Part shown: positions 1 to 13,596 of the stretch, piece after piece
Position numbering within the stretch: the first letter of the stretch is position 1
How the letters are laid out: the number at the start of each line of letters is the position of its first letter
Assembly (NCBI RefSeq): GCF_006345805.1
Contig: NC_042998.1
Coordinates: 116,622,001-116,686,000 of the forward strand
Direction: 5' to 3'
DNA from: Octopus sinensis
Taxonomy: Eukaryota
Length of the DNA: 64,000 nt
Translations under genes and position numbers: made by a program
The notes under the pieces: model-generated
Databases searched by the model: none
What the model was told of the DNA's origin: nothing
What the model saw: only the letters and a program-made list of their open reading frames with translations

Positions 1-59
1 TTTCAATTAAATTGTGTAGGATGCAACACACACTTTGTTAAAGATCTTTTCTTCGTCTT

Positions 60-760
60 TTTTTTTATATTTTGGGCGTTTGATATTGTCACTATTGTAA
101 TTTAGTAATTTAAAGAAATCTTTGATAACACAAAATCTGAATGCTGGTCAGCAAATTCATAAAAGAAAATGGTAAACAGAAAAAAATTAATCAAATAAAA
201 CGTAACTGAACAGGTACCTCTTATAATTGATCATTCAAATTATGTTCACAATGTTGTGTTTCAGTTCTTTTCTTTAACACAGCAGCCTGCCTCCATTCAA
301 CATCCTATGCAACAAAATGAATACTAAAAGGATATTTTACGAGTGTATGTAAGTTAAAGGTTGTGCGACATATAAATTGAATTTTGGAATAGAGAATGCC
401 TTTTGTTAAGTTTATCAGCAATTAATTCTTTTCTGCTTAATTATTTTTGCTTCAAATGAAATAAGATTAATTGGGGCCACTGACGAAGTTATTTTGACAA
501 CAAGCCAGTGATTATATTCCAATCCATATGTAGTCGAATACAATGGATATTTACCATAAAATTATGGCAAGGATGCAATTCATTTAATATTTAGTAAGTT
601 GACTTTATATTCAACTACATGATGAGCAAATTTATGAGGGGCAGTAATATACATTCATCTGCTAGCAACAAATGTATTCATAATCAGTTTTATTTCAAAG
701 CAGATTTTCGTGACAGATGTAGTGTTTTCATGACTCTTATAGTTTTCCATGACTCAAAAA
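60..760 (+). pseudogene. Putative decayed TLR-like relic, 3' part (LRR remnant, TIR box1/box2 remnants)
   Basis: Frame-broken translations FSNLKKSLITQN (~103), EYNGYLP*NYGKDAIHLIFSKL (536-601, cf. YDAFVSY..D..V...L) and QLHDEQIYEGQ*...SRFS*QM*CFHD (612-734, cf. LHDRDF..G...S..F..S.WC..E; TAG-TGT where TGG-TGT is expected). Confidence 0.35.
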
Positions 761-1109
761 ACCCAATATATCATCCAACTTGTAAATAAATAGATTGATG
801 TGTATAAATAGGATGATATATTACGATATATAAGGACGAGATAATACAAATTATAGTGACGTTTTGGTTCTTTAAGCAAACGACAATGGTTTAAATATAT
901 TGGTTTTAAATTACCTCTGTTATTGCGCACTAAACTCACTACTTTCAACTAAAGTGTACATACAAAGCGTGACGAAAGTATACAGGGAATTGAATTATTT
1001 AGCATGAGTTTTAGTTTGCTTGTAGTGAGAGCCATATTTTTGAAAATGTTCGGATCTGTATACTGTGCATTATCCGGCAAAAGTATTGATATGCATATGA
1101 TGTATATAA

Positions 1110-1613
1110 TTTGGATTCTTTGCCATCAAATTTGAATTCTTTGCAATCAAATTTGAATTTTTCAATTATTGCCCAAGCCTTGAAAAAAAGAGAGACTTAA
1201 ACTACATCAGCCGTAAGGGAATACATGTCTATCTTATCTACTCTTCCAGTAGAGCCCTCCAATTGATATCTGAAAAGTTTGATGAAATAACTCATGAACA
1301 CTGCGATAGCGTCTACCAAAAGATGCACCATTACGTCGACCCATCTGAACAAGGGTAGATAATAACCGAATGATTCTTTTTCTATTATCTCCCCTTGTTC
1401 AGATGGGTCGACGTAACGGAGCATCTTTTGTTAGAAGCTATCACAGTTTTCATGAGTTATTTCATCAAACTTTTCAGATATCAATTTGTGGGCTCTACTG
1501 GACGAGTTAGATAAGATAGACATGTATTCCCTTACGGCTGATGTAGTTTAACTGTTTTTTTCCAAGGCTGGATCACCAATTGAAAATTCAAATTTGATGG
1601 CAAAGAATCCAAA
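1110..1613. repeat. ~500-bp imperfect palindrome (fold-back), arms 1110-1364 and 1383-1613, 18-nt loop
   Basis: Direct reverse-complement matching, e.g. TCTACCAAAAGATGCACCATTACGTCGACCCATCTGAACAAGGGTAGATAATA vs the right arm (4 mismatches in 53); about 7 differences over the next 115 bp; the left arm carries an extra 21-bp tandem duplication near 1113-1153. Confidence 0.95.
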
Positions 1614-2400
1614 CTAGATCGAAAACATCTATAATAGGTAAACGTCTTGCCAAGCAGTTGTTCGATTCGTTTTGTAAGAATGTGAAAAGAAGAGCACTGC
1701 TTACATACGAAATGCTGAATCATTATTGTTTCGCACATCGGATTCCAATTATTTTGCTGTGAGTAACAGAACGTAATCATGAGAAAATAGCTGTTATTGA
1801 CACAGCTGCGAGTACAGTAGCAAAATACTTCCCTAAAATAGTCTTCATAATGGTGGGCACATTCATTGGTTAATGCAGTTAATGTACCTCGTTCCGGCGT
1901 GACCTAACAATCGAAAAGACAATGCGATTGGCAATAGTACTCTAATTTTACACTTAAAAAAATGAGCCCATATTGTGGAGAGAAATGCTTTCACAGATAA
2001 CCTATTGATTAGACAGAAAGCCAAATGAGAAATTAGTTTCTGATTAATTATATTGCCGGCATTTTCAGCCCTTTTCCCATTTTTTCTTCTCGCTTTCAAT
2101 CTTTCACCTTCCGTTTTCTTTATTTTCAACCATTGTTTCTTCCCAATTTCATTGATTTATTATATCATTAATGGATTAATGGATCGACCATAGTTTTATT
2201 TTAGTGTGTACTCGTTCTTTTAACCAACTTTTACAGACGAGCCAACGAAACAGCATATGCATTTTTGCTCTAACTTCGGGGATTTCCAGCAAATCTCCCA
2301 CAATTTGCACTCATCCTTCCTAACAGAAGCAAGAAAAAACATGCATATTAAAGTTTTGACTAAGAAGGGGAGATGCATATAAGCTGGTTATGCCCTTAAC
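1365..2400 (-). mobile_element. Decayed hAT (ZMYM1/P52rIPK-like) DNA transposon, 5' half of transposase
   Basis: Minus-strand translation FGFFAIKFEFSIGDPALEKNS*TTSAVREYMSILSNSSSRAHKLISEKF...MLRYVDPSEQGEIIEKESFG resembles the hAT GNFLALL.FR..GD..L..HL...Y.S...QNELI...LRYVD....I.E.FLGF region; possible terminus AGGGCATAACCAGC near 2397. Confidence 0.45.
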
Positions 2401-2943
2401 GTTAATTTTCCAAGTGCAAAATTAGTCTCAATCGTGAGTAGTTTAGATCCAAAAGAATACATTAAAATAACAGCTGCACAGCACCATAAATGTGATCTTA
2501 CTCACCTATCTTTTTAACGTGTTATATTTTCCCAATATATCTTATATGACTTGCTAATATAAAATCCGCTCATCCTACTTTAATTTTCCCAATATATTTC
2601 CCCTTAACATTTCATGAATTTTGAAAAAACATTTTCTCATATATAACATCTAATTAAAGACACTACATATGATTATACTAATTACATTGATTATAACTCT
2701 TTCGTATCTATTCATATGAACCTTATATTCATTCCGTTGTACCTAAATAAAAGTACAGACCTATGGATAAAACATAGCATTATCTAGATTTAGCAACTAG
2801 GATAGAACAAAATTTGTTTCTGTTTCACGCTTAACACTTCAGAAAATGAAATTATTCTATGATTACATCATTTATCCGTGTATCATGGCACATAGCATAA
2901 GTCTAAATATTTCTATGTATCTCTCTTTCTTTCTACATATGTA

Positions 2944-2950
<7 letters not shown>

Positions 2951-2982
<32 letters not shown>

Positions 2983-3581
2983 CGGGACTGAATGTGTGAT
3001 CGTGAGTAAATAGATTTGTGTCTGCGGCCATTCGTGTGAATATACATATTTTTACATACGCACCTACACATATACATGGGCACCCACACATGTTTACGTG
3101 CAAACACACTACGAAGGAGACACAGCAATATTGACTTCTGGATAATAAATGTAATCACTAGATTAAAAAAAAACATCAAACAGTAAAAGGAAGATACATA
3201 AATAGAATCTAAATCCACCAGTATAATTTGTATAATGATTTGAGACGCCCAGAATAAAAGTACTTCACATATATCTAATCAGACAGTCGACAATCAAAAA
3301 TACACACGTTGGGACAATAACACGAAATATAGTTTGTCATTTCACACTACTGAACATGAGTTATGTTAATATTTCAGGTATTCAAAGGACAGCAACAAAA
3401 TATAGGCGTGCATGTCTATATGTGAGTGTGTTTACACAGACAAGTACAAGGATAAGATAATGTAGAATAATAATTTACACCCATACAAATATGCACATAC
3501 ACAAACATACACACGTACGCATATGTTTATATATATATGCAAACATACTCTCAGACACACACACACACACACACACACACA

Positions 3582-3637
<56 letters not shown>

Positions 3638-4236
3638 GCGGGACTGAATGTGTGATCGTGAGTAAATAGATTTGTGTCTGCGGCCATTCGTGTGAATATA
3701 CATATTTTTACATACGCACCTACACATATACATGGGCACCCACACATGTTTACGTGCAAACACACTACGAAGGAGACACAGCAATATTGACTTCTGGATA
3801 ATAAATGTAATCACTAGATTAAAAAAAACATCAAACAGTAAAAGGAAGATACATAAATAGAATCTAAATCCACCAGTATAATTTGTATAATGATTTGAGA
3901 CGCCCAGAATAAAAGTACTTCACATATATCTAATCAGACAGTCGACAATCAAAAATACACACGTTGGGACAATAACACGAAATATAGTTTGTCATTTCAC
4001 ACTACTGAACATGAGTTATGTTAATATTTCAGGTATTCAAAGGACAGCAACAAAATATAGGCGTGCATGTCTATATGTGAGTGTGTTTACACAGACAAGT
4101 ACAAGGATAAGATAATGTAGAATAATAATTTACACCCATACAAATATGCACATACACAAACATACACACGTACGCATATGTTTATATATATATGCAAACA
4201 TACTCTCAGACACACACACACACACACACACACACA

Positions 4237-4292
<56 letters not shown>

Positions 4293-4867
4293 GCGGGACT
4301 GAATGTGTGATCGTGAGTAAATAGATTTGTGTCTGCGGCCATTCGTGTGAATATACATATTTTTACATACGCACCTACACATATACATGGGCACCCACAC
4401 ATGTTTACGTGCAAACACACTACGAAGGAGACACAGCAATATTGACTTCTGGATAATAAATGTAATCACTAGATTAAAAAAAACATCAAACAGTAAAAGG
4501 AAGATACATAAATAGAATCTAAATCCACCAGTATAATTTGTATAATGATTTGAGACGCCCAGAATAAAAGTACTTCACATATATCTAATCAGACAGTCGA
4601 CAATCAAAAATACACACGTTGGGACAATAACACGAAATATAGTTTGTCATTTCACACTACTGAACATGAGTTATGTTAATATTTCAGGTATTCAAAGGAC
4701 AGCAACAAAATATAGGCGTGCATGTCTATATGTGAGTGTGTTTACACAGACAAGTACAAGGATAAGATAATGTAGAATAATAATTTACACCCATACAAAT
4801 ATGCACATACACAAACATACACACGTACGCATATGTTTATATATATATGCAAACATACTCTCAGACA

Positions 4868-4940
<73 letters not shown>
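2951..4940. repeat. Tandem triplication of a ~655-bp unit delimited by (CA)n(TA)n
   Basis: TGCGGGACTGAATGTGTGATCG starts at 2981, 3637 and 4292; copies look identical by eye; ORFs 3551-3814 and 4206-4469 are identical and 655 bp apart. Confidence 0.97.
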
Positions 4941-4964
<24 letters not shown>

Positions 4965-6189
4965 TAGAGAGAGAGTGAGAGCAATGCATCTCGTTGTATG
5001 AACTTCGTTTGCTAAACATCGCTCTATTGTGTTAAAAGTGATACAGAGAGAAAAATAAATATTTATTAAAATATACTGATTCAAACAATACGATGATGAA
5101 TCGATATACAGCTCTTCTATATTAAAACGCGCATATACACGTTCATAAATATGTACATAAACATGCCTTGATCTTCTTTCCTAAACAACAGAATTAAATA
5201 GTTTACACATTCATACATACATTTTAAGCATTACGTTAGAGGAAAAGAAAGCGTTTCTTTAGAAATGTTAAATTACTCTCTATCAAACACAACACAGTCA
5301 AAACACATACACATTACACAAGCCACATGCATACCACTTTATATATATATGCATGCTTGTCACTGGAAATATATATGAATGCACATATGCTTATCTTTCA
5401 AATATGTTTTCCGCAGTATTCCTGCTGCTTACTAACAAAGTGATAACAAATAAATCTTTTTTGTCCGGAGAAGTTCAGGAATTTATGAATATCTATGTTA
5501 ATGAATGCATATTTCATCTGTTACGCGTTAATAAACTTGCACTCATGAAACTGTTGTACATACATGGCACGCAGGTGTCCTCCTGCAATATGGGTATGTA
5601 AATATGCAAAAGGCTTATACGTGGTGCCGGCAGTATGTGTTCAATCCTGTGAAGCCGAAAGGAGTAATTCTTCACTACGCATCTTTGCAGAAGTACTACG
5701 TCTTCATATATATATGTATACACTCACACACACATGCATACATATACATACACACATACATATATATATGGAAAAAAAGTCAACATAGAAAATGCTAAAA
5801 TAATTTTATAAAAAAACATTTCAATACCGGTTTCAGTCATCGAGACTATTTCAACTGTAAGAATGGAAAACAATCAAATTTTGAAAAAATTAAAAGAAGA
5901 CTTTCAATTAAAATTAAAAGACTTAAAATTAAATGAAAAATTAAAAGAATTGTTGCTAAGTGTTCAAATACAAGTGGCATTTTCCTTGTTTCTGCATCTC
6001 TCTGTCTCTCGTCTTTATTCTTCTGGGTTCGAGGTCGTTGTGGGTGTGCCATGCAGAATGGCCAATTGCCCTGAAAATGACCCGCTGTGGATGGTAGTAG
6101 TAATTGTTGAATTCCCGAAACATCACTTTTGAATGTTTTGTTTATAAAATATGCGTAGATGTTATTCTAAACAGTAACAGTGGTAAAGT

Positions 6190-6370
6190 TAGGAAGAAGA
6201 AGAAGAAGAAGAAGAAGAAGAAGAAGAAGAAGAAGAAGAAGAGAAGAAGAAGAAGAAGAAGAAGAAGAAGAAGAAGAAGAAGAAGAAAAATAATAATAAG
6301 AAGAAGAAGAACAAGAACAAGAAGAACAAGAAGAACAAGAAGAAGAAAAAGAAAAAGAAAGAGAAGGGAG
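6190..6370. repeat. (GAA)n-rich microsatellite
   Basis: Direct reading; explains the K/R-rich ORF 6104-6391. Confidence 0.95.
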
Positions 6371-6544
6371 AATAAGAAAGAATGTAGCTAGTATGACAGT
6401 TGTAGGGTGTTAAATGGTCAAGTGACTTAAAGTTGACATGTTATAGATTATAGCAGCGATTGGCACTGTTTTTTAATGAACTCTCGGGAATCTCTTGGCT
6501 GTATCATTTTTTAATATTTGCGTGTGTATTGGTGTTATTCTAAG

Positions 6545-7279
6545 GCCGTGGTAATATGTCGTTTGCGGTAGACGCTTTCAAAAGGGGTTTGTATTTTGTA
6601 ATAAAGAGAGTCTCTTTACTAATTCGTTGGCTCCAGGTTGTATCATCTCTGAATTTGTAGAGGGGAATAATTCTGAAGCTTGGATTTTTGTTATTGGCGC
6701 AATTGCCTATGCGTTGGCTGAATGCTATTTTTCTGTTTTGGGGAAATTTGAGCTAGGATTTGTGCAGAGCTATTCTTTTACCTAGACTGATTTTTGTTAG
6801 GCCTATGTATTGCTCTTCGCACCCAGAGCATGTTAGTGCGTATATCACGTTCTCCGAAGCACTCTGAGCCCTCAATTAAATTGACACATATCCCACAGTT
6901 GGGTCTTCCGCATTTTTTTACTGACGGTTTCTCTGTTGTTGATCGTATTCGGGCTTGCGTTAGGAGACGTTTCGTAGATTTGGGCTGTCTCTTGCTTTTT
7001 ATGATGGTGTGTTTGGAGGAGTACATTCATTCTGTGGTCCTTTTTTAGCAGGAGTATACTTTGGAGGATGGTGCCAAACACTTCATTGTTGAGAGGGTGG
7101 TGTGTGGAGATGAATGGTAGGGCTTTTGGTTGTAATTTTTTCTTTAGTTTGGGATGTCTGAATTCCTGGATGTTGAGTTGAAGGGCACGTTGAAAGCATA
7201 TGTCAATTAGTGAAGGTGGGTAGTTCCTGGTGATGAGTGTATCCATTAGTTCATGTAGTCGTGTCTCTGGTGTTTGCAT
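6545..7279 (-). mobile_element. Penelope-like element relic 1 (RT C-terminus, Cys linker, GIY-YIG C-terminus), frameshifted
   Basis: RLHELMDTLITRNYPPSLI...LPFISTHHP; IIKSKRQPKS...KKCGRPNCGIC; CANNKNPSFRIIPLYKF...RISKETLFITKYKPLL, all typical PLE motifs. Confidence 0.85.
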
Positions 7280-7355
7280 TAGAAACTATTGTACATATAC
7301 GTAGGCTTAAAGAAAATATATGTTTCTATTACGCTGTTCGATACATACATATTAC

Positions 7356-7404
<49 letters not shown>

Positions 7405-7406
<2 letters not shown>

Positions 7407-7607
7407 TCCTTATTGTTCACAGGGGTCTAAACATAAAGGGGACAAACAGAGACAGACAAAGGGATTAAGTCGATTACATCGAACCCAGTGCGTGATTGGT
7501 ATTTATTTAATTGACCCCGATGAAAGGCAAAGTCAACCTCGGCGGAATTTGAAGTTAGAACTAACGGCAGACGAAATACCGCCAAGCATTTCGCTCGGCG
7601 TGCTAAC
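7405..7607 (-). mobile_element. Octopus-type tRNA-derived SINE
   Basis: GACCCCGATGAAAGGCAAAGTCAACCTCGGCGGAATTTGAA...GACGAAATACCGCCAAGCATTTCGCTCGGCGTGCTAAC; the same family recurs at 13205-13596, 51775 and 57635. Confidence 0.85.
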
Positions 7608-7712
7608 AATACTCATATATATATATATATATATATAATATATATATATATATGTAATAAAAACTAGAAGTACACATATACACACACACACACACACACA
7701 TACACACCACAC

Positions 7713-7810
<98 letters not shown>

Positions 7811-8199
7811 ACATATACATGTTTATTCGTGTCTATATATATGCATATATATAAATGTTGCAGTTGTATAAATATGTGTGATTATATATGTTGTGTCGAT
7901 ATGTGAGCGTATGTTTGTAGTTATACATGACTGTATAATTTCATGGTTTGCTTAGTTCCAAGTGTGTTTCTAATTCAGAAAGAGGGGTTTAAAACACAGA
8001 AACAAACATGTAGCCGTGCAGTCTTCTTTTTTTATTTATGCTTGTAACCTTTTGCCTGTCTCCTATTCGTTTTTGTATCCATGAACAGTATTCCCTGTCT
8101 AATTATGTGCTTCTTAAGTGGGATATGTGCACTCATAAGTGTGTTTAAATGTATATACATATGCTTAAGATTATACTACAGACTAAACAGCAATGATTT

Positions 8200-9550
8200 A
8201 CTGTTTCATTTGCACCATATTGTCACAATTTAGCTCCGGCTAACATTGCGTTTGAAATAAATACTACGTAAGTTCCTTACAAAATCATATTTATCCGTAT
8301 TTGGCTTTTATACTGTCTAAGTTTATAATACACAGATATTTTTTAAAGCGCTTTCTTGTTTTTTTAGCATCCGATGTGTATTTTCTGCATCACGTACTGT
8401 TTTTTCATTGTATCGTATATCCGAGTTAAATTTTACAAAATCCGTTCGATGCTAAATATAGGAGAATTTCTTCTGTCTATATTGGAATTTAATATTTTTC
8501 TTGTTTTTAATCTTTTATTACCATTTAATCTTTTAGGCAATATGCCCTTAAGTAACTTTATACTGCTTAGCACAATTTAAAGAGAACCGTAGATTTTCAG
8601 GTTATCAGACAAACAACACTTTCCGAAGAGATTCAGATTATATTAATTTCCTCGCGCCTGTCGAGTTCTTTTATGGATATACTGCAATATCTAGTGGCTG
8701 GTAGTCACACCCAAAAGCTATGTACGAATTGTTATTCGAATTGATTTAGAACAACTAGAAATATATAGGATTACGAGATTACTATTTAGACACATAATAA
8801 CATAAACAAGTGCAGCTATTACTATGTATCTCAATGAAAAACATAATCTGCTGTGTATAGAAGTTCTATGTTTTGTAATGATACCTCTAATTTAAAAAAA
8901 ATATGTTTTTGTTATTTTTGTTGTCAGAGGAAATATTCACATCCGCTATGCCAAGCCCGTAATGTTAGTAATTGATGAAGATATGGTAGTATTGTTCCGC
9001 TAATATTCATTGTTTTGACACGAATCAACGTACTGCAGATAATATCTTTTAATATTCTTCCCATGACAGTGTTTCCCTACGAAGTCATTGCAATTGCTAC
9101 TGTAGAAAACAACATGCCGTAAAGAGAATGTATACTTTTCAATATAACTGTTTTAATCGATATTGTTCATTTTGCATCTTGGACGTTTTCTATAAGGTGT
9201 GTTATGACAGGATCTCTGATATTGAATCTCTTAAGACTACAAATAGTTTATTCTGGAGTAATTTCTTGAAATCTGGTAACAACGCGGCTGCAACTTTAAC
9301 TATTTGCACAGTTGAATTACAGCTGCGTTCAATATTATGTACATATATTTCCATTTCCTCAAAATTACATTTGCGTATTAATTTCTTATTACATATCTTT
9401 TTATAATACAATCGGCATTTGTGTGTGTACATACCACTGATAATTCTCAAGATGCATTTGATAGTATCAATGAAACGAATGATATTTACTGTTGTGTTAG
9501 TTATACGCAACTGTTTATTCATATGTAGGAGTCCGTGAAACTTGTTTCTT
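8200..9550 (-). pseudogene. Possible decayed TLR-like relic (weak)
   Basis: Minus-strand pieces LQNKLFVVLRDSISEIL, RLKQLY*, HCHGKNIKRYYLQYVDSC and KYDFVRNLRSIYFKRNVSRS*IVTIWCK loosely follow LRR, LRRCT and TIR order. Confidence 0.2.
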
Positions 9551-10281
9551 TGTCGCTAGATGTTAATGATGGTGTAGAAACTCTGGACAAACTTGGCAGA
9601 TGCAACCATAATTAAGATGAGAGACATTTCGGTTATCATCATCCTATACCCCAGGCATTTTAGAACTACACCTCATTTTAGAACTGTCCATTTCTTAAGA
9701 GAGTAGAAAGCGATTTAGAGAAGGGTTGCCTCTATATGGTGCAATTCGAATACGACCAGACAAAGTATGCTGTCCGTTGTTGGTTTGAGTAAGTCATATT
9801 TGGAAAAAATTAACTGCTATGAAGATATGTTATTTACTTGCTAATGATATCATAGACTGAGTTATTAATACTATTTCAGAAATAGGTAGATGAAGATGTA
9901 ACATGTCATTCAGTTTTCTATACGCTTCCCAGAACTAGACGTAGATAAATGAAGTAGTTTCATAATTCCCTTCAAGCACTTATGAACAAATAAGAGGAGA
10001 TTTGGTTTCACACTCACACACACGCACACATGCACACGCGCGCACGCACGCACACATACACATAGACACACGTATGTATATAAAGCATAATAATCACTTG
10101 CAAGTGTAGATGAGTTGGTTGTATATGCCATAATTTTGCTAAAAGTTTTAGGTAGCCATGGAAACGTTCAGTATTGTTAAATCGAATTACAATGCTAAAT
10201 CAGATTTACATGTACATGCAGCCTCACTACACTTCCCAAATATGTATCACTTCATATATTTGTATATATATGAATAAAAAA

Positions 10282-10318
<37 letters not shown>

Positions 10319-11401
10319 AACATACATATATGCATGCATACATACATACATACATGCACACAGACGTACATTCGTATGTGTATATATAAATATAGAGACA
10401 GAGGGAGGGTAGAAAATGAAGGAGGGAAGGAAGAGAGTCAGTGAGAGACGTAGATGAATAAACAGAGAGGCGGATAAGAAAGTAAAATACTGACAACTAG
10501 GACACAGTTATATAAATGGGAGTAAAGTAAAAATGTAAATGAATTTGGAATATGCGTAATGTCGAGTTGTTATGTAAATGTCGATAATGTCACAGATAAT
10601 GATAAAAGGAATTGAAACGCTTTGATACGACTACCGCTCACTGATTTTATAGATTCTAATAAATATTAGTATGCTAAAATGCGTGATACGTCTTTGTGTT
10701 CGAGTCACTAACTAAACCAACGTGACCCAAAATGCTTATGTAAATAACATTATTCTGCGCAAACAATTTACAATAGAAATATTATTGATCAAAGGATACG
10801 ATTGGCTCCTAAATATATTCTGAAACTCGAATCGATCGATAGCGTATAACAATCTGCTTACTATCTTTGGCACATTTTATTGGACAGAGCCTTATTTTTT
10901 TTTATAAGTGTTGCAAGAGTTTCATTGTCCTTTTATTCTCTTTCTTGCGCAATGTGCTATTCCAGCAAAACAGTTAGAATGAATTGTAAATAAACTAAAT
11001 TCGCTTGTTTATTCATCACATTTCTTTGTCATCATCAGCTTATTTTGTTCATTATTTATTTATAAGCTTTATGTTTGCTCTCTTCGCTGTTGTTCTCTTG
11101 TTTTTCTTTAATGTATATTACATGATATGTTATATTTATTATTACTAATGAGATGAATTGGATGTCTATACTTGATTTATGAGTAATACATCTCCTGGAT
11201 ATATGTACAGTTTGTTAGTATTATTTACGACTATCTGTTATTTTCCCAGCTGTTCAGTAATAATTTGCGCATGATTTGCTTTCGTTTCTATTAGAGAAAA
11301 AGACTAAGAAGATGTTTAAACATTTGAAATCGATTTATAGTGATTAATTTTATGTTTGATACACAAATACATATACCCATATATAACAATATACATATAT
11401 A

Positions 11402-11442
<41 letters not shown>

Positions 11443-11453
11443 CATATATATAT

Positions 11454-11509
<56 letters not shown>

Positions 11510-11748
11510 TATATGTATGTATGTATAGATATATAAAATATATATCCATTATTAATATAGTGCCCTTGTTGCAAATGAGTGGGTGAGAATCTTATTACTA
11601 GCAATGTTGGTACCATTTTGTACACTCTGCCAATCTAGCGACGTGTTTAAATTTGCCTTCAGGTTGCAAAATTACTCATAAGCCACACATGTTATATATA
11701 TATATATATAAATAAAAAATATATACATGCATATCTGCATATATGTCC

Positions 11749-11796
<48 letters not shown>

Positions 11797-11839
11797 CATA
11801 TATATGGATCTATGTATGTATATGTATATACATATGCAT

Positions 11840-12200
11840 ATAAGGGTACAAGACGTCATAAAACGTAAACAACATGAAATACGAATGTTTCATGCGAACA
11901 ACAAAAGAAACAAACGGAATACAAGACAAGTAACATAAAGACCCTTCATCAGTTGTCGACTCTTTATCTAATCCTTATTTCGAGCAATTACGACAAAATA
12001 TGCCTTCAAGAAAACAGTTGCTCCCTCAAATCAAAATAAAATTTGTGATTTGCGGAGGGTCAAATTTGGTAACAAAAACAGGACAGATAATGAACGGTGA
12101 AGGGGAGATAAAAATAATTAGGGAAAGGAAGAGAACGGAAACCAAAGGGAAGGGGTAAAGAGAATAGTAAAATGTAGAGATGAACTGGAATTATTAAGCT
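11840..12200 (-). repeat. Dispersed repeat (PLE pLTR-like); second copy in opposite orientation at ~28400-28680, partial at ~27925-27985
   Basis: Reverse complement CTGTCCTGTTTTTGTTACCAAATTTGACCCTCCGCAAATCACAAATT...CTCGAAATAAGG...CAACTGATGAAGGGTC matches 28400-28560 with scattered substitutions. Confidence 0.65.
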
Positions 12201-12381
12201 AATTCAGCAGCAGTACTTTGCAGTAATTATTTGCCAATATAACATGGCAGTCCTAGTTTACGACGAATGTTGCAGCAATTTAGACCCAGGAGATATTGTC
12301 TCCAGCTGGCTACACGACACGATCTGTGTCCTTATATTTTCGACAAGGGAATCTAGCACCACAACTCAGCTCAAAATGATA

Positions 12382-12425
12382 TCTGTGTATCGCGATTTCC
12401 GAGTTATTTCCTTCATCAGCATAGA
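12382..12425 (-). ncRNA. Minimal type I hammerhead ribozyme motif (PLE-type), probably mutated
   Basis: Minus strand UCUAUG-CUGAUGA-A-GGAAAUAACUCG-GAA-AUCGCGAU-A-CACAGA: intact core, palindromic loop-less stem III, AUA cleavage triplet, stem I with one A.C mismatch, position 11.1 G instead of C. Confidence 0.55.
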
Positions 12426-12565
12426 ATAATAAAACTAGAATAGATAGATATAAATATTTATCTTATCTATGAAAATATATTTTAGCATATAGAAGAAAAT
12501 ATAACAAATTATACTATATCATTACTAGAAAATTAAAATACAAGTAATTAAAACAACATATTTAA

Positions 12566-12609
<44 letters not shown>

Positions 12610-13129
12610 TATATATATATGATACATAATATTCAGTAAGTGAAGCTAAAATACTATAATTTGATCTATATATATTAAATTATTTATTTATTTATTGTAT
12701 ATACATCTAAGTTATATCTTATTCTAATTAAGTAATATATACTAAAAAAATCATGCTGACTTATATACATTATTCCACTACAAACTATAACTACAAGTAT
12801 TAAAAATAGAAAAATCTTTCAAATATACACACAAAAATTAGCTAAACTTACTATATAATTAATTTATATATAGATTTAATATTACACTCACTCATAGAAT
12901 TAACCAAAGTATCAATTAATGTTGAAAGTATTTACTTAAATGCAATACTACATAACAAATAAACTTCCTACCTATTAGATAAGTTTTTGTCTTACAAAAC
13001 TCTTTCCCAATGTAAATTATACGTAGTACGCTAATTCACAAGATAATAACAATATTAACAAAAATATAAAATAATAAGAAAATAAGATACATATCGTAAG
13101 GGAAGGAATCTTCTAACAACACAGCTAGT

Positions 13130-13174
<45 letters not shown>

Positions 13175-13204
13175 ATCACGTGACCGACCAGATTATCAGA
13201 TGTT

Positions 13205-13596
13205 TTTACACATCGCTGGTCACAATGCCCGACATTTTGGGGGAGGTACTTAATTTATCGACACCGAAATGATGAAAAGTAAAGGTGACCTCGCCGGAAT
13301 TAGAACTCAGAACTTAAGGACCGATGAAATACCACCAAGCATTTCCCCAAGCGTGCTAACGTTCCTTATTTGTTGCCCACAAGGGATCAAACATAGAGGG
13401 GGAAAAATAAGAACAGAGAAAGGGACTAAGTCGATTACATAGACCTCAGTGCGTAACTGGTTCTTAATTTATCGACCCCGAAAGGATGAAAGGCAAAGTC
13501 GACTTCGGTGGAATTTGAAGTCGGAACGTAGCAGCAGACGAAATACCGCCAAGCATTTCACCCGGCGTGCTAACGATTCTGCCAGCCCGCCGCCTT
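13205..13596 (-). mobile_element. Two adjacent copies of the octopus-type SINE (partial 13205-13365, near full 13366-13596)
   Basis: ATCGACCCCGAAAGGATGAAAGGCAAAGTCGACTTCGGTGGAATTTGAA...GCTAACGATTCTGCCAGCCCGCCGCCTT. Confidence 0.85.

Noticed and set aside
3377-3426. 44-nt AG...GTGAGT micro-exon candidate in each tandem unit
   Set aside because: Splice signals alone are common; not frame-symmetric and no partner exons found.
6068-6125. Hammerhead-like CUGAAAAUGA...CCCGAAAC near PLE relic 1
   Set aside because: Core G8 absent, no coherent stem II or stem I.
12470-13110. Extremely AT-rich tract that looked like a mitochondrial insertion
   Set aside because: No convincing tRNA cloverleaf or sustained mitochondrial ORF found; only a short ND4-like hydrophobic stretch expected by chance. 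A BLAST against the mitogenome would settle it.
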